Source of the DNA: Chromatiales bacterium
Lineage (GTDB): Bacteria > Pseudomonadota > Gammaproteobacteria > JAHELT01
Direction of reading: 5' to 3'
Assembly (NCBI GenBank): GCA_024644045.1
Contig: JAHELT010000007.1
Location: 36-64,035, forward strand
Length of the DNA stretch: 64,000 bases
Part shown: in pieces, positions 21,638-31,236 of the stretch
Layout: the number at the start of each line of letters is the position of its first letter
How positions within the stretch are numbered: position 1 is the stretch's first letter
Translations under genes and position numbers: made by a program
The notes under the pieces: model-generated
Database searches by the model: none
Told to the model about the DNA's origin: nothing
Seen by the model: only the letters and a program-made list of their open reading frames with translations

Positions 21638-21757
21638 CGAAATCTCCTCCGGACAGATAAACTTTGTATACGTGGCGCGTAACCGTCGGCCCGTCGAGGC
21701 GTTCGGCTCGAACCCGACTGTGCCCGATCGCGGCACAATGCCGCGAATTTATTCGTT

Positions 21758-24694
21758 TTGCCGGTATATATCAAATTGCGCCGCGCTTGCGCAGAATGGG
21801 CCGGGCTGCCAACCGGCCGCCATCAACCAGAGGAACCTGCTGCCTTGACATCGAGCGCCCTGCGGCGCCAGCTGCAGCTGCTGGCCGCCTCGCTCAGCGG
21901 TGAGCTGCACCTGGATGAAACGCACCGGCGTCTGTATGCCACCGACGCCTCGCACTTCGAGGAACTGCCGCTGGGCGTGGCCCTGCCGCGCGATGCCGGG
22001 GACTGCCAGCGACTGTTGGAGCATTCGCTCGCCGGCGGCATACCCCTCATTGCGCGCGGCGCCGGCACCGGGTTATGCGGACAGACCGTGGGCGCCGGGC
22101 TCGTTGTCGACTGCTCCCGGTACATGTGCAACGTGCTGCACAGCGACCCTGGCGGGCGCACAGCGCGCGTCCAGCCGGGCGTTGTTCCCGCCGACCTGAA
22201 CCGGCTGCTACTGGCTGACGGGCTGCGCTTCGCGCCGGACCCGTCGACGCTGGACCGTTGCACGATAGGCGGCATGCACGGCAACAACGCGTGGGGCTCG
22301 CATGCCCCGCGCGACGGCAGCACCCGCGATCACGTGCTGTCTGCCGAAGGACTGACCGGCGACGGCTGCCGGCTGCAGTTCGGCCCGGTGAGCGACGCCA
22401 ATCTGCACCGCAAGCTCGCGCAGAACGACGCCGAAGGGCGCATTTACCGCGCGGTGCACGGCATCATCGATCGCCACCGCGAGGCGATCCTGGCCCGTTC
22501 TCCGGATTTCCGGGTCATCAACAATACCGGTTATGCGCTGGACGTGCTGGCGCGCGCACGGCCCTGGAACCGCGACGGCGAACCCTTCAACCTCACGCGG
22601 CTGCTGAGCGGGTCCGAGGGCACACTGTCGCTGCTGACCAGCCTGACGGTGAAGCTCAGCCCGGTGCCCCCGGCGCGCGGCCTGGTGTGCCTGCACTTCG
22701 ATGCCCTGCAGGGCGCCGTCGATGCCATCGCGCCGCTGATGGCGCTGCGCCCCGCGGCGCTGGAAATGCTCGACCGGGCGTTGCTCGACCTCACCGGGCA
22801 GCAGCCGGAACAGCGCGCCAACCGGTTCTGGATCAGCGGCGAACCCCAGGCGGTGCTGATGGTCGAGTTCAGCGGTGAGCGCGCCGAGGTCGAGGCGGGC
22901 CTGGTGAGCTGCCAGGCCCTGGTCGACAAACTGCCGGGGTACTACACCAGCGCGGCCATCGCACAGCGCGACATCGACAAAGTGTTCGCGCTGCGCCGCG
23001 CCGCCCTGGGCCTCCTGATGGGGCGCCCGGGACGGCGCAAGACGGCCACCATCATCGAGGACAGCGCCGTGCCCGTTGCGGTGCTCGGCGATTACCTGCA
23101 GGAGGTGCGTGCGCTGATGCGTCGGCTCGACGTCGAGTGCCTCTACTACGGCTCGCTGTCACAGGGCCTGGTGCACCTGCGCCCCTGGCTGGATCTGGAC
23201 GATCCGCAGGACCTGCGCAAGTTCGTCGAGCTGCCGGCGGCGTTGAGCGAGATCGTCGCCCGTTACCGCGGCGCCTTCTCCACCAAGCACGGCGACGGCC
23301 GGCTGCGCGCGCCCTGGCTGGAAACCCTGTACGGAGCCGAGATCGTCGATCTGTTCCGGCAGGTGAAGCGGGCCTTTGACCCGCACAATCTGCTCAACCC
23401 CGGAAAGATTCTCGACCCGCCGCCGCTGACCCGGAACCTGCGCGCCACTCCGGCCGCCGCCGCGACCACCGGCCTGCGCTGGCCGGACGGCTGGAGTCAG
23501 GCGCTGCGGCGCTGTAACGGCGCCGGCGCCTGCCGCAAGAGCAGCGGCAGCATGTGCCCGTCGTACATGGCGACCCGCGACGAGATGCACGCAACGCGGG
23601 GGCGCGCCAACCTGCTGCGGCTCGCGAACGGCGGCGGCGCCCCGGGGACCGCCGTCGCCGATGCACTCGCGCTCTGTCTCTCGTGCAAAGCCTGCCGGCG
23701 CGAGTGCCCCGCAAACGTCGACATGGCACGCATGAAAGCCGAATGGCTGTACCAGCAGCGTGCGGCCGGGCAGTGCGACCTGGCGCAGCGGCTGATCCCT
23801 CGGTTTGCCGCGCTCAGCCGCGCGGCCAGCGCAACGCCGCGGCTCGCGAACGCGCTGCTCGCGACCGGGCTCAGCAAGCGGCTGCTCGGCATGGACCCGC
23901 GACGCAGCCTGCCACAGCTGGCGCAACAGCGCTTCAGCGCCTGGTTAGCGCATCGCGGACGCACGGACGCGGGCGAACCAGTCGTGCTGCTCAACGACCC
24001 GCATACCGAGTACTACGAGCCCGCTGTCGGCCGCGCGGCGGTGCTCGTGCTGGAGCACCTCGGCTACCGCGTCAGGGTGACCCCATGCGCCTCCAGCGGT
24101 CGCATCGAGATCAGCCAGGGCGCTCTCGATGAAGCGCGCCGCGCGCTGACGCACACGCTGGGGGGCATCGCCGGGCTCGATTTGCCCGCTGACGTGCCCG
24201 TCATCGGTCTGGAGCCCTCGGAGCTGCTCACGCTGCGCGACGAGGCGGGCGATCTCGGGGCGCCGGAACAGCACGCGGCCCTGACCGCACTCGCCGGTCG
24301 CGCCGTGCTGCTCGATGAGTTCCTCGCGGCACGCGCCCTCCCCCGCGCGGCGCGGCCGGGCCGCGCGCTGATCCACACGCACTGTCACCAGAAGGCGCTG
24401 GGCGATGCACAGGCCAGCGCCAGCGCGTTGACCGCGCTCGGCTGGTCAGCGGAGACCCTGGACAGCCCGTGCTGCGGGATGGCCGGCTTCTTCGGCTACC
24501 GGCACTACGAAGTCTCGCTTGCGGTCGGGAATCTCGGGGTGCTGCCAGCCGTGCGCGACGCGGGCAAAGACACGCTGATCGTGGCCAACGGCACCAGCTG
24601 CCGGCAACAGGTCCGCCACGCCACCGGGCGCCGGGCCCGCCACATCGCCGAAGCCGTGGCCGGAGCGCTGGGCCTCACGGACGTGACTGCGTGA
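21758..24694 (+). CDS. FAD-binding and Fe-S cluster-binding fused oxidoreductase (YdiJ-like, D-2-hydroxyacid dehydrogenase family)
   Basis: N-terminal FAD_binding_4/FAD-oxidase_C domains. C-terminal Cys-rich CCG-type Fe-S region (CRKSSGSMCPSY, CLSCKACRRECP, SPCCGMAGFFG). The true start may be somewhat downstream of 21758. Confidence 0.8.
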   Translation: MPVYIKLRRACAEWAGLPTGRHQPEEPAALTSSALRRQLQLLAASLSGELHLDETHRRLYATDASHFEELPLGVALPRDAGDCQRLLEHSLAGGIPLIARGAGTGLCGQTVGAGLVVDCSRYMCNVLHSDPGGRTARVQPGVVPADLNRLLLADGLRFAPDPSTLDRCTIGGMHGNNAWGSHAPRDGSTRDHVLSAEGLTGDGCRLQFGPVSDANLHRKLAQNDAEGRIYRAVHGIIDRHREAILARSPDFRVINNTGYALDVLARARPWNRDGEPFNLTRLLSGSEGTLSLLTSLTVKLSPVPPARGLVCLHFDALQGAVDAIAPLMALRPAALEMLDRALLDLTGQQPEQRANRFWISGEPQAVLMVEFSGERAEVEAGLVSCQALVDKLPGYYTSAAIAQRDIDKVFALRRAALGLLMGRPGRRKTATIIEDSAVPVAVLGDYLQEVRALMRRLDVECLYYGSLSQGLVHLRPWLDLDDPQDLRKFVELPAALSEIVARYRGAFSTKHGDGRLRAPWLETLYGAEIVDLFRQVKRAFDPHNLLNPGKILDPPPLTRNLRATPAAAATTGLRWPDGWSQALRRCNGAGACRKSSGSMCPSYMATRDEMHATRGRANLLRLANGGGAPGTAVADALALCLSCKACRRECPANVDMARMKAEWLYQQRAAGQCDLAQRLIPRFAALSRAASATPRLANALLATGLSKRLLGMDPRRSLPQLAQQRFSAWLAHRGRTDAGEPVVLLNDPHTEYYEPAVGRAAVLVLEHLGYRVRVTPCASSGRIEISQGALDEARRALTHTLGGIAGLDLPADVPVIGLEPSELLTLRDEAGDLGAPEQHAALTALAGRAVLLDEFLAARALPRAARPGRALIHTHCHQKALGDAQASASALTALGWSAETLDSPCCGMAGFFGYRHYEVSLAVGNLGVLPAVRDAGKDTLIVANGTSCRQQVRHATGRRARHIAEAVAGALGLTDVTA

Positions 24695-25460
24695 AGTAGC
24701 GCCCCGGGGTGGTCCCCAGCGCGCGGCGAAACATCGCAACGTAGGCACTGGGGTTCTCGTAGCCGAGCTCCAGGGCCACCTGGTTGACCCGCTCGCCGGT
24801 AGCCAGCCGCCGCAGCGACTCGAGCAGGCGCAGCTGCTGGCGCCACTGGCGGAAGGTCATGCCCGTTTCGCGCTGGAACCGACGGCTGAAAGTACGCGCG
24901 CTCATGCCGATGCGCGCCGCCCAGGCATCAACTCCGGTCGGGTCGGCGGGATTCGCCTGCAGCGCCTGCGCCACCCGTTTCAGGCGCCGGTCGTGCAGCA
25001 GCGGTAGATGCAGCGGCGCGGTTCGCAGGTTGCGGATCTGGTCCAGCAGCACGCGCACCAGGCGGCCCTCGGCGCCGTTCAGGTCGTATCCGCCGCCGAA
25101 CGGCACCGCGCTGAGGATCAACTCGCGCAGCAGCGGACTCACCCCCACCACGCAGCACTCGGCCGGCAACCGGGCGGCGGCGCGCGGCTCTATTTTCACG
25201 TTGCGCATGCTGAGCCGCACATCGCCCCCGCGCACCTGGTGGCGCATGCCGCCCGGGACCCATACGGCGCGGTGCGGCGGCACCACCCAGATGCCCGCGT
25301 CGGTGTGCACGGTCATGCCACCCTCGATGGCATAGAGCAGCTGGTGGCGGCGGTGGGTATGCCAGTCGATCACGTGCCCTGCCGGGTGATCGTACGCTTC
25401 CGCCACCAGCGGACGGCGCCGCTCGGCAACTGGCCGATTCTCGTTATCTTTTGTCTTCAT
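24675..25460 (-). CDS. AraC-family transcriptional regulator (cupin sensor plus HTH)
   Basis: 261 aa. N-terminal cupin-like domain and C-terminal AraC HTH (ARIGMSARTFSRRFQRETGMTFRQWRQQLRL). Convergent 20-nt overlap with the oxidase gene. Confidence 0.85.
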   Translation of the reverse strand: MKTKDNENRPVAERRRPLVAEAYDHPAGHVIDWHTHRRHQLLYAIEGGMTVHTDAGIWVVPPHRAVWVPGGMRHQVRGGDVRLSMRNVKIEPRAAARLPAECCVVGVSPLLRELILSAVPFGGGYDLNGAEGRLVRVLLDQIRNLRTAPLHLPLLHDRRLKRVAQALQANPADPTGVDAWAARIGMSARTFSRRFQRETGMTFRQWRQQLRLLESLRRLATGERVNQVALELGYENPSAYVAMFRRALGTTPGRYFTQSRP

Positions 25461-25529
25461 AACGGCTTTATGCCAGCGGTTTGCGCGGCTAAAGTCAAGC
25501 CTGGTCAGGTCTACGGCTCCGATTGTCCC

Positions 25530-26726
25530 ATGCGTGTTCCCGAAAAATGGCGCCGCCCCGAGGTGCTGCTGCTGGTAATGGCCGGCGCGGTGCCGCTGTC
25601 GTTCGCGACCTGGATGGCGCTGCTCAACAACTTCGCCGTGGAGCGCGCTGCGTTCACCGGCTGGGAGATGGGCGTGCTGCAGAGCCTGCGCGAGGTCCCG
25701 GGTTTTCTCGCCTTCGCGGTGGTGTTCGTGATCCTGATCATGCGCGAGCAGACGCTGGCCTTCTGGTCATTGCTGCTTCTCGGTCTGGGCACCGCGCTCA
25801 CCGGGGTGTTTCCCTCGGTGATCGGTCTCTACGTGACGACCGTGGTGATGTCGATCGGTTACCACTACTACGAGACCGTGCAGACCTCACTCGCGCTGCA
25901 GTGGATTCCCCGGCAACGGGCGCCCGAGCTGCTGGGGAAGATCATCGCAGTGGGGTCGTTCACGTCGCTGGCGGCGTACGCCATCATCTTTCTGGGGCTC
26001 AAGCTCGCCGGCCTCGACTATGCCTGGGTGTACGCGGCGGGCGGCGGCGTCACGGTGGTGCTGGCGCTGATCGCCTGGTTCGCGTTCCCGAAATTCCCAC
26101 CGGTGGTCGCGCAACGCAAGCACCTCGTGCTGCGTAAACGCTACTGGCTGTTCTACGGGTTGACCTTCCTGTCCGGCGCGCGCCGCCAGATCTTCATCGT
26201 GTTCGCTGGCTTCCTCATGGTGGAGAAGTTCGGCTACAGCGCCGCGGCGGTCACGCTGCTGTACCTGGTCAACTGCGGCGCAAACATCTGGCTGGCACCC
26301 AAGATCGGCAGACTGATCGCGCGCTGGGGCGAACGCCGCGCGCTGACTTTCGAGTATGCCGGACTGGTGGTTCTGTTCACGGCGTATGCCTTTGTCGAGA
26401 ACGCCACCGTCGCGGCCGCCCTGTACGTCATCGATCACCTGTTCTTCGCCATGGCGATCGCGATCAAGACTTACTTCCAGAAAATCGCCGACCCGGCGGA
26501 CATCGCCTCGACCGCCGGCGTGTCCTTCACCATCAATCACATCGCGGCCGTGATACTGCCCGCGGTGATGGGCGTAGTCTGGCTCGTATCGCCGCCCACC
26601 GTGTTCCTGAGCGGCGCTGCGTTCGCAGCCGCGTCGCTGCTCCTGTCGCGGCTCGTGCCGAGTAATCCCGAACCGGGTAACGAAACCCAGCTCAATCTGC
26701 GCGCGCTGGCGCTCGGCCGTCCTTAG
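25530..26726 (+). CDS. MFS transporter
   Basis: ~398 aa with 10-12 TM segments. The start was chosen at the ATG that leaves a divergent intergenic space with araC. The track ORF 25008.. is a read-through. Confidence 0.7.
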   Translation: MRVPEKWRRPEVLLLVMAGAVPLSFATWMALLNNFAVERAAFTGWEMGVLQSLREVPGFLAFAVVFVILIMREQTLAFWSLLLLGLGTALTGVFPSVIGLYVTTVVMSIGYHYYETVQTSLALQWIPRQRAPELLGKIIAVGSFTSLAAYAIIFLGLKLAGLDYAWVYAAGGGVTVVLALIAWFAFPKFPPVVAQRKHLVLRKRYWLFYGLTFLSGARRQIFIVFAGFLMVEKFGYSAAAVTLLYLVNCGANIWLAPKIGRLIARWGERRALTFEYAGLVVLFTAYAFVENATVAAALYVIDHLFFAMAIAIKTYFQKIADPADIASTAGVSFTINHIAAVILPAVMGVVWLVSPPTVFLSGAAFAAASLLLSRLVPSNPEPGNETQLNLRALALGRP

Positions 26727-26784
26727 TTTTCCCTGTCCCATAAGTACGCTGCTTGTGGGGCAGGACACTGGCCGCCGGTTTCGG

Positions 26785-27924
26785 CTAGGGCCCCCGGCGC
26801 AGGCCCACCCAGGTGACCGCGCCCACGCCGAAGATGATCAGCAGCCCCAGGTTGTAGGCGGTCCAGCCGTGCGCGCGCAGTAAAAACCCGGGCAGGTAGG
26901 CGCCCAGCGCGCCGCCCGTATAGTAGAACGACAGGTACAACCCGTTAACGACGCCTTTGTTGTCCGGGGCGGCGTGGTTCAGGAATGCGGACAGGGTTGC
27001 ATGCACCAGAAAGAACCCCGCGCTCATGGTCAGCGTGGCGGCGAAGACGGCGGCCACGTTGGGCGCGAGCAGCGCGGCGAGACCCAACGCGTAGATTGCG
27101 GCGCCGGCGAGAATACCGCCGAGGTCGCCGCGCAGCCGCGCGCTGAGACGCGTGGACATGACGGCGAGCACGAACCCGATCAGGTAGCCGGAATAGACCA
27201 GCGAGATCACGAACGCCGACATGGACGGATCGAGGTGCTTCAGCCGGAACGGTACGAGCGTCAGCGCGGACGCGAAAGTGGCAAACACCAGCAGCAGCCC
27301 CAGATAAGCATGCAGGTAGCCCGGCCAGCTGAGCACACGGCGGAACGCGCGCCAGCCGAGGTGCTGCGGCTTTGGCCGTGCATCGCTCGGCAGGCGTGTG
27401 GTCAGCCACCAGCAAACGAGCAGCAACCCGGCAAAGCACCCGAACGCCCAGCGCCAGTGCAGATACTGTCCGGCCAGGCCGCCGACCAGCCGTCCGCCGA
27501 AACCGCCCAGGATCGTGGCGGCGATATAGTAGCTGACCGCGTTGCGCACGCGCTCGACCCTGACCATGTTCGCGCAATAGGTCATCAATGCGGTGAATAT
27601 CGCGGGCAGGAGCAACCCCTGCATCAGGCGCAGCAGCACCAGTCCCCAGAATGCCTCGACGACCAGAAACAGGCCCTGGTTGACCGCCAGCAGGCCCATC
27701 GCTACCAGCAGCACGCGCCGCGCCGAGCTCGCCTCGGTGAGGTAGCCGTAGACCAGCGGCGCAATGCCGAGCGGCACCAGGGTGACCGAGATCAGCAGTG
27801 ATACATCGGTCATGGACACACCGAGCTGCGCCGCGATCAGCGGCAGGATCGGCTGCGGTATGTACAGCGTCCCGAATGCACATACGGTGATGAAAAGCAC
27901 CGCGCTCAGCGTGGAGACGGACAC
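26785..27924 (-). CDS. MFS transporter
   Basis: 379 aa with 12 predicted TM helices and an MFS-type loop motif region. Confidence 0.75.
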   Translation of the reverse strand: MSVSTLSAVLFITVCAFGTLYIPQPILPLIAAQLGVSMTDVSLLISVTLVPLGIAPLVYGYLTEASSARRVLLVAMGLLAVNQGLFLVVEAFWGLVLLRLMQGLLLPAIFTALMTYCANMVRVERVRNAVSYYIAATILGGFGGRLVGGLAGQYLHWRWAFGCFAGLLLVCWWLTTRLPSDARPKPQHLGWRAFRRVLSWPGYLHAYLGLLLVFATFASALTLVPFRLKHLDPSMSAFVISLVYSGYLIGFVLAVMSTRLSARLRGDLGGILAGAAIYALGLAALLAPNVAAVFAATLTMSAGFFLVHATLSAFLNHAAPDNKGVVNGLYLSFYYTGGALGAYLPGFLLRAHGWTAYNLGLLIIFGVGAVTWVGLRRGP

Positions 27925-27993
27925 CGGCGTTCAGGCGCGGCGGGACGGGCGCGGGCGGCGGCACCGCAAGAGCGGGACCAACGGGGTGCCCGA

Positions 27994-29586
27994 CTAGTAG
28001 CCCAGCGCGCAGCCGTCCTTTCGCGGATCGGAGGCTCCGTGCAGGGCACCGGAATGCCAGTCGATGAACACCGCCTGCCCGCCGCCCAGCGGACCGGGTG
28101 CGCGCACCACCTTGTGGCCCAGTGACTCCAGCCCTTCGCAGGTTGCGGCCGGCACGCCCTGCTCCACTTTGAGCACCCCGTCGTACAGGGTGAAACGCGC
28201 CGCGTCCAGCGTTTCCTGCAGATCGAATCCGAAGTCGAGCCAGTTGCTCATGAAATAGGTCTGCCCCATTGCCTGGTAGTGGCCGCCCATCACACCGAAG
28301 CTGAGCACGGGGCGCCTGTCGCGGTAGACCATCGCCGGAATAATGGTATGCAGCGGACGCTTGCGGGGTGCCACGCAATTGACGTGGCCCGCTTCGAGCA
28401 CAAAGCCGGCGCCCCGGTTCTGCAACGAGATACCGGTATCGCCCGCGACCAGCCCGCTGCCCCAGGCGTCGAAGGTGCTGTTGATGAACGAGCAGGCGTT
28501 GCGGTCCTCGTCGACCACGCTCAGGTAAACGGTGTCCGCATGGTCCGGAAACGCCGAGCGCAGCGGCTGGGACAGCGCGCGCCGCGGATCGAAGCGCTGC
28601 CATTGGCTGCGCGCGAAGCCGTCGCTCAGCAGCTTTTCGAGCGGCGCCGCGGAAAAGTGCTGATCGGCGACGAACCGGTCGCGCTCGGCAACCGCCATGC
28701 TGAACGCCTCGGCCAGGAGATGCACGTGCTCGACACCGAGGTGGCGGCATTCGGCGAGGTTGCTCTGCGCCAGCATGTTCAACGCCATCAGCACCGTGAT
28801 TCCCTGTCCGTTCGGCGGTATCTCGAAAATCTCGTGGCCGCGGTAAAGGGTCGAAACCGGGTCCATCCACTGCGAGCGGAACTCGGCGAAGTCATCCAGG
28901 CTCAGCAGGCCGTTCAGGCTGTCGCTGAACTGCACGATGCGCTCCGCGATCGGCCCGCGGTAGAACGCATCGCGGCCAGCCGAGGCGATCAGGCGCAGGG
29001 TGCCTGCCAGCTCGGGCTGGCGGTGCACCGATCCGGCGGCCGGCGCCAGGCCCTCGTTCAGGTAGACCCGCGACGCGTCCGGCGTCGCCCGCAGCACATC
29101 GAGCGTGTTGCTCCAGTTGGCGGCGATCACCGGGGTGACGGCGAATCCGCGCTCCGCGCAGTCGATCGCCGGTTGCATCAAGCGTGAAAACTCCGTGTTC
29201 CCGAAGCGCTCGTGCGCCGTGCACCACGCATCTATCGCGCCGGGGACCGTGACGGAGAGGATGCCGCTCTCGGGAACGCTTTGCGTGCAGCCGCGCACGG
29301 CGAACGCCTCCAGCGTGGCCGCCTGCGGCGCCCACCCGCTGCCATTCAACGCATGCAACCGGTCGCCGGCAGCCTCGTGGTAGAACAGGAAGCAGTCGCC
29401 CCCGATGCTCGTCGAGTAAGGTTCGACGACGCTCAGAACGGCGGCGGCGGCAATCGCCGCGTCCAGCGCATTACCGCCGCCGCGCAGCACCTCGAGTGCG
29501 GCGTACGTTGCAACGGGCTGGCTGGTGGCGGCCATCGCGCGCGTGCTCATCACCACCGAACGGCCGGGAAACTGCGTATTTCGCAT
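27994..29586 (-). CDS. ggt: Gamma-glutamyltransferase family protein (no signal peptide, YwrD-like)
   Basis: GGT family architecture with autoprocessing Thr region (HADTVYLSVVD) and GG-motif (FGVMGG). Start set at MRNTQF/MSTRAM. The upstream part of the track ORF would overlap sixA. Confidence 0.8.
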   Translation of the reverse strand: MRNTQFPGRSVVMSTRAMAATSQPVATYAALEVLRGGGNALDAAIAAAAVLSVVEPYSTSIGGDCFLFYHEAAGDRLHALNGSGWAPQAATLEAFAVRGCTQSVPESGILSVTVPGAIDAWCTAHERFGNTEFSRLMQPAIDCAERGFAVTPVIAANWSNTLDVLRATPDASRVYLNEGLAPAAGSVHRQPELAGTLRLIASAGRDAFYRGPIAERIVQFSDSLNGLLSLDDFAEFRSQWMDPVSTLYRGHEIFEIPPNGQGITVLMALNMLAQSNLAECRHLGVEHVHLLAEAFSMAVAERDRFVADQHFSAAPLEKLLSDGFARSQWQRFDPRRALSQPLRSAFPDHADTVYLSVVDEDRNACSFINSTFDAWGSGLVAGDTGISLQNRGAGFVLEAGHVNCVAPRKRPLHTIIPAMVYRDRRPVLSFGVMGGHYQAMGQTYFMSNWLDFGFDLQETLDAARFTLYDGVLKVEQGVPAATCEGLESLGHKVVRAPGPLGGGQAVFIDWHSGALHGASDPRKDGCALGY

Positions 29587-29637
29587 CGGGTTTCTTGTTA
29601 GGCTTGAGGTGACCGCAATGATACAGAGGATGGCGAA

Positions 29638-30093
29638 GTGAATCTTTATCTGGTACGCCACGGCGACGCGCTGAGCGATACACAGGATTCCGCGCGCGCG
29701 CTGAGCCCGAACGGCCGCAGGGAGCTCGAGCAGCTGGCGGGGGCGCTTGCACCACACGTACGCGCCACGACGATCGTGCACAGCGGGAAAACGCGCGCCG
29801 AGCAGAGCGCGGAAATCCTCCGGGCAAAGGCGCTGACGAACGCCAGCGTGGAAGTGCAGGCCGGTCTCAACCCCAACGACGACGTGGCGGGCATGGCGGA
29901 GGCGCTGCAGCACGAGTCGCGCGAGCTGGTGGTCGTGGGCCACCTGCCCTACGTCTCCCGGCTGGCTTCACTGTTGACGTGCGGCGATGCAGAACGAACG
30001 GTATTCGCGTTCGATACGGGCACCTGTCTGGCGCTGGAGCGTCTCGGCACCACGTGGTGTGTGCGCTGGATGCTCGACCCGCGGCTGCTGTAA
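29638..30093 (+). CDS. sixA: Phosphohistidine phosphatase SixA
   Basis: 151 aa. N-terminus MNLYLVRHGDA (RHG catalytic motif). SixA size and C-terminal VVVGHLP. Confidence 0.8.
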   Translation: MNLYLVRHGDALSDTQDSARALSPNGRRELEQLAGALAPHVRATTIVHSGKTRAEQSAEILRAKALTNASVEVQAGLNPNDDVAGMAEALQHESRELVVVGHLPYVSRLASLLTCGDAERTVFAFDTGTCLALERLGTTWCVRWMLDPRLL

Positions 30094-30137
30094 GGAGGTG
30101 GCGGGCCGTCCCCCGCGGGCAAAGCCCTGCGCACGTT

Positions 30138-30641
30138 TCACCGGTCGACCCGGTACACGAAATACGCCCAGCCGCGCGCCGCCAACGGCAGGGGCAACTG
30201 CCGCCAGCGGGGCACCTGCATTTCGCGATCGCTCAACACCAGGGCGCCGGCGTCCAGCAGACCGTCAATCAACGGCGCCAGTGCTGCTGCGAGGTGCGCG
30301 TCACCCGCGGAATCGTCGCTCCCCAGGTCCGCATGCACGAGTGCCACCTGCAGCGCGGCGATGCGCGGGCTGGCGAGCTGCTCGCGCAGGTCGCCGAGCC
30401 ATAGGCAGTCGGCGGGCGGAATGCAGTCCGGCGGTGCGTGCACCGCGCGATCGAAAACGTGAATCTCGCGCGCCGGAAACAGCTTGCGCAGATGATCGTA
30501 GGTGCGGCCCTTGCCCAGCCCGAGCTCGAGCAGCACGCCCGGGCGGCCGGCCAGCTCGCGCTGCGCAAACTCCAGGCACGCTTTCTGGGTGGCGAGCCTG
30601 GCGAGCATGCGCTCCAGCCGGCTCTGGCGCCTGTCGCTCAT
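30138..30641 (-). CDS. Small SAM-methyltransferase-like protein, last gene of the degenerate-ABC/cNMP operon
   Basis: ~168 aa from MSDRRQSRL. Gly-rich loop VLLELGLGKGRTYDHL...IHVFDRA resembles a SAM-binding motif I/II. Start ambiguous (30641 or 30662). Confidence 0.35.
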   Translation of the reverse strand: MSDRRQSRLERMLARLATQKACLEFAQRELAGRPGVLLELGLGKGRTYDHLRKLFPAREIHVFDRAVHAPPDCIPPADCLWLGDLREQLASPRIAALQVALVHADLGSDDSAGDAHLAAALAPLIDGLLDAGALVLSDREMQVPRWRQLPLPLAARGWAYFVYRVDR

Positions 30642-30661
30642 CGGGCCCCCGGCCGGCTGCA

Positions 30662-31129
30662 TCACTCCAGCGCGGCTTTCGCCAGCTTCTCCTTGGCGTC
30701 GCGCAGCTTGGCGGTGCTCTCTTCGAGCCGGTTGGCGAGCGTGCGGATGATCTGCACCGCAATGTCGGGCGACCCCTTGACCAGCTGCATGAACACGTCC
30801 TTGCTCACGTTCAGCGCGTGCACCGTGTCCTTGGCGCGCACGGTCGCGGTGCGCGGAGTGTCGCACAGGATCGACATTTCACCGATCACCTCGTTCTTGC
30901 CGCGCGTCGCCACCAGCACGGGGCCGTTTTCCGAATCGACCAGCACCTCCGCCGTACCCCCGGTTATGATGTAGGCGCTGTCGCCGTGCTCGCCTTCGTG
31001 GCAAAGCTCCTCGCCCGCCTGGAATTCCAGCCAGCGGCTGGTGAAAGCCAGCAACTTCAGCTTTGACGGATCGAGATGCGCAAACAGGCCGATGTTGCGC
31101 AGCAGCTTGGCTTCTTCTTCCAGACTCAT
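30662..31129 (-). CDS. Stand-alone cyclic nucleotide-binding (CAP_ED) domain protein
   Basis: 155 aa. cNMP-binding motifs (FQAGEELCHEGEHGDSAYIITGGTAEV...GEMSIL...RTATVRA). No HTH or other output domain. Confidence 0.8.
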   Translation of the reverse strand: MSLEEEAKLLRNIGLFAHLDPSKLKLLAFTSRWLEFQAGEELCHEGEHGDSAYIITGGTAEVLVDSENGPVLVATRGKNEVIGEMSILCDTPRTATVRAKDTVHALNVSKDVFMQLVKGSPDIAVQIIRTLANRLEESTAKLRDAKEKLAKAALE

Positions 31130-31236
31130 GACTCAAACCTCTGCGGAACGCACACCGCCGTCCCGCACCACCGGGGCTGCCAGGCAGCGGGGCCGCTCAT
31201 CCCACTCAGTATCGCAGCGTTTTCCAACACTTCCCC

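Noticed and set aside
26945-28870. 641-aa minus-strand ORF spanning the MFS and GGT genes
   Set aside because: It overlaps two real genes in a different frame, has an extreme Arg/Gly/Ala/Pro composition and no motifs.
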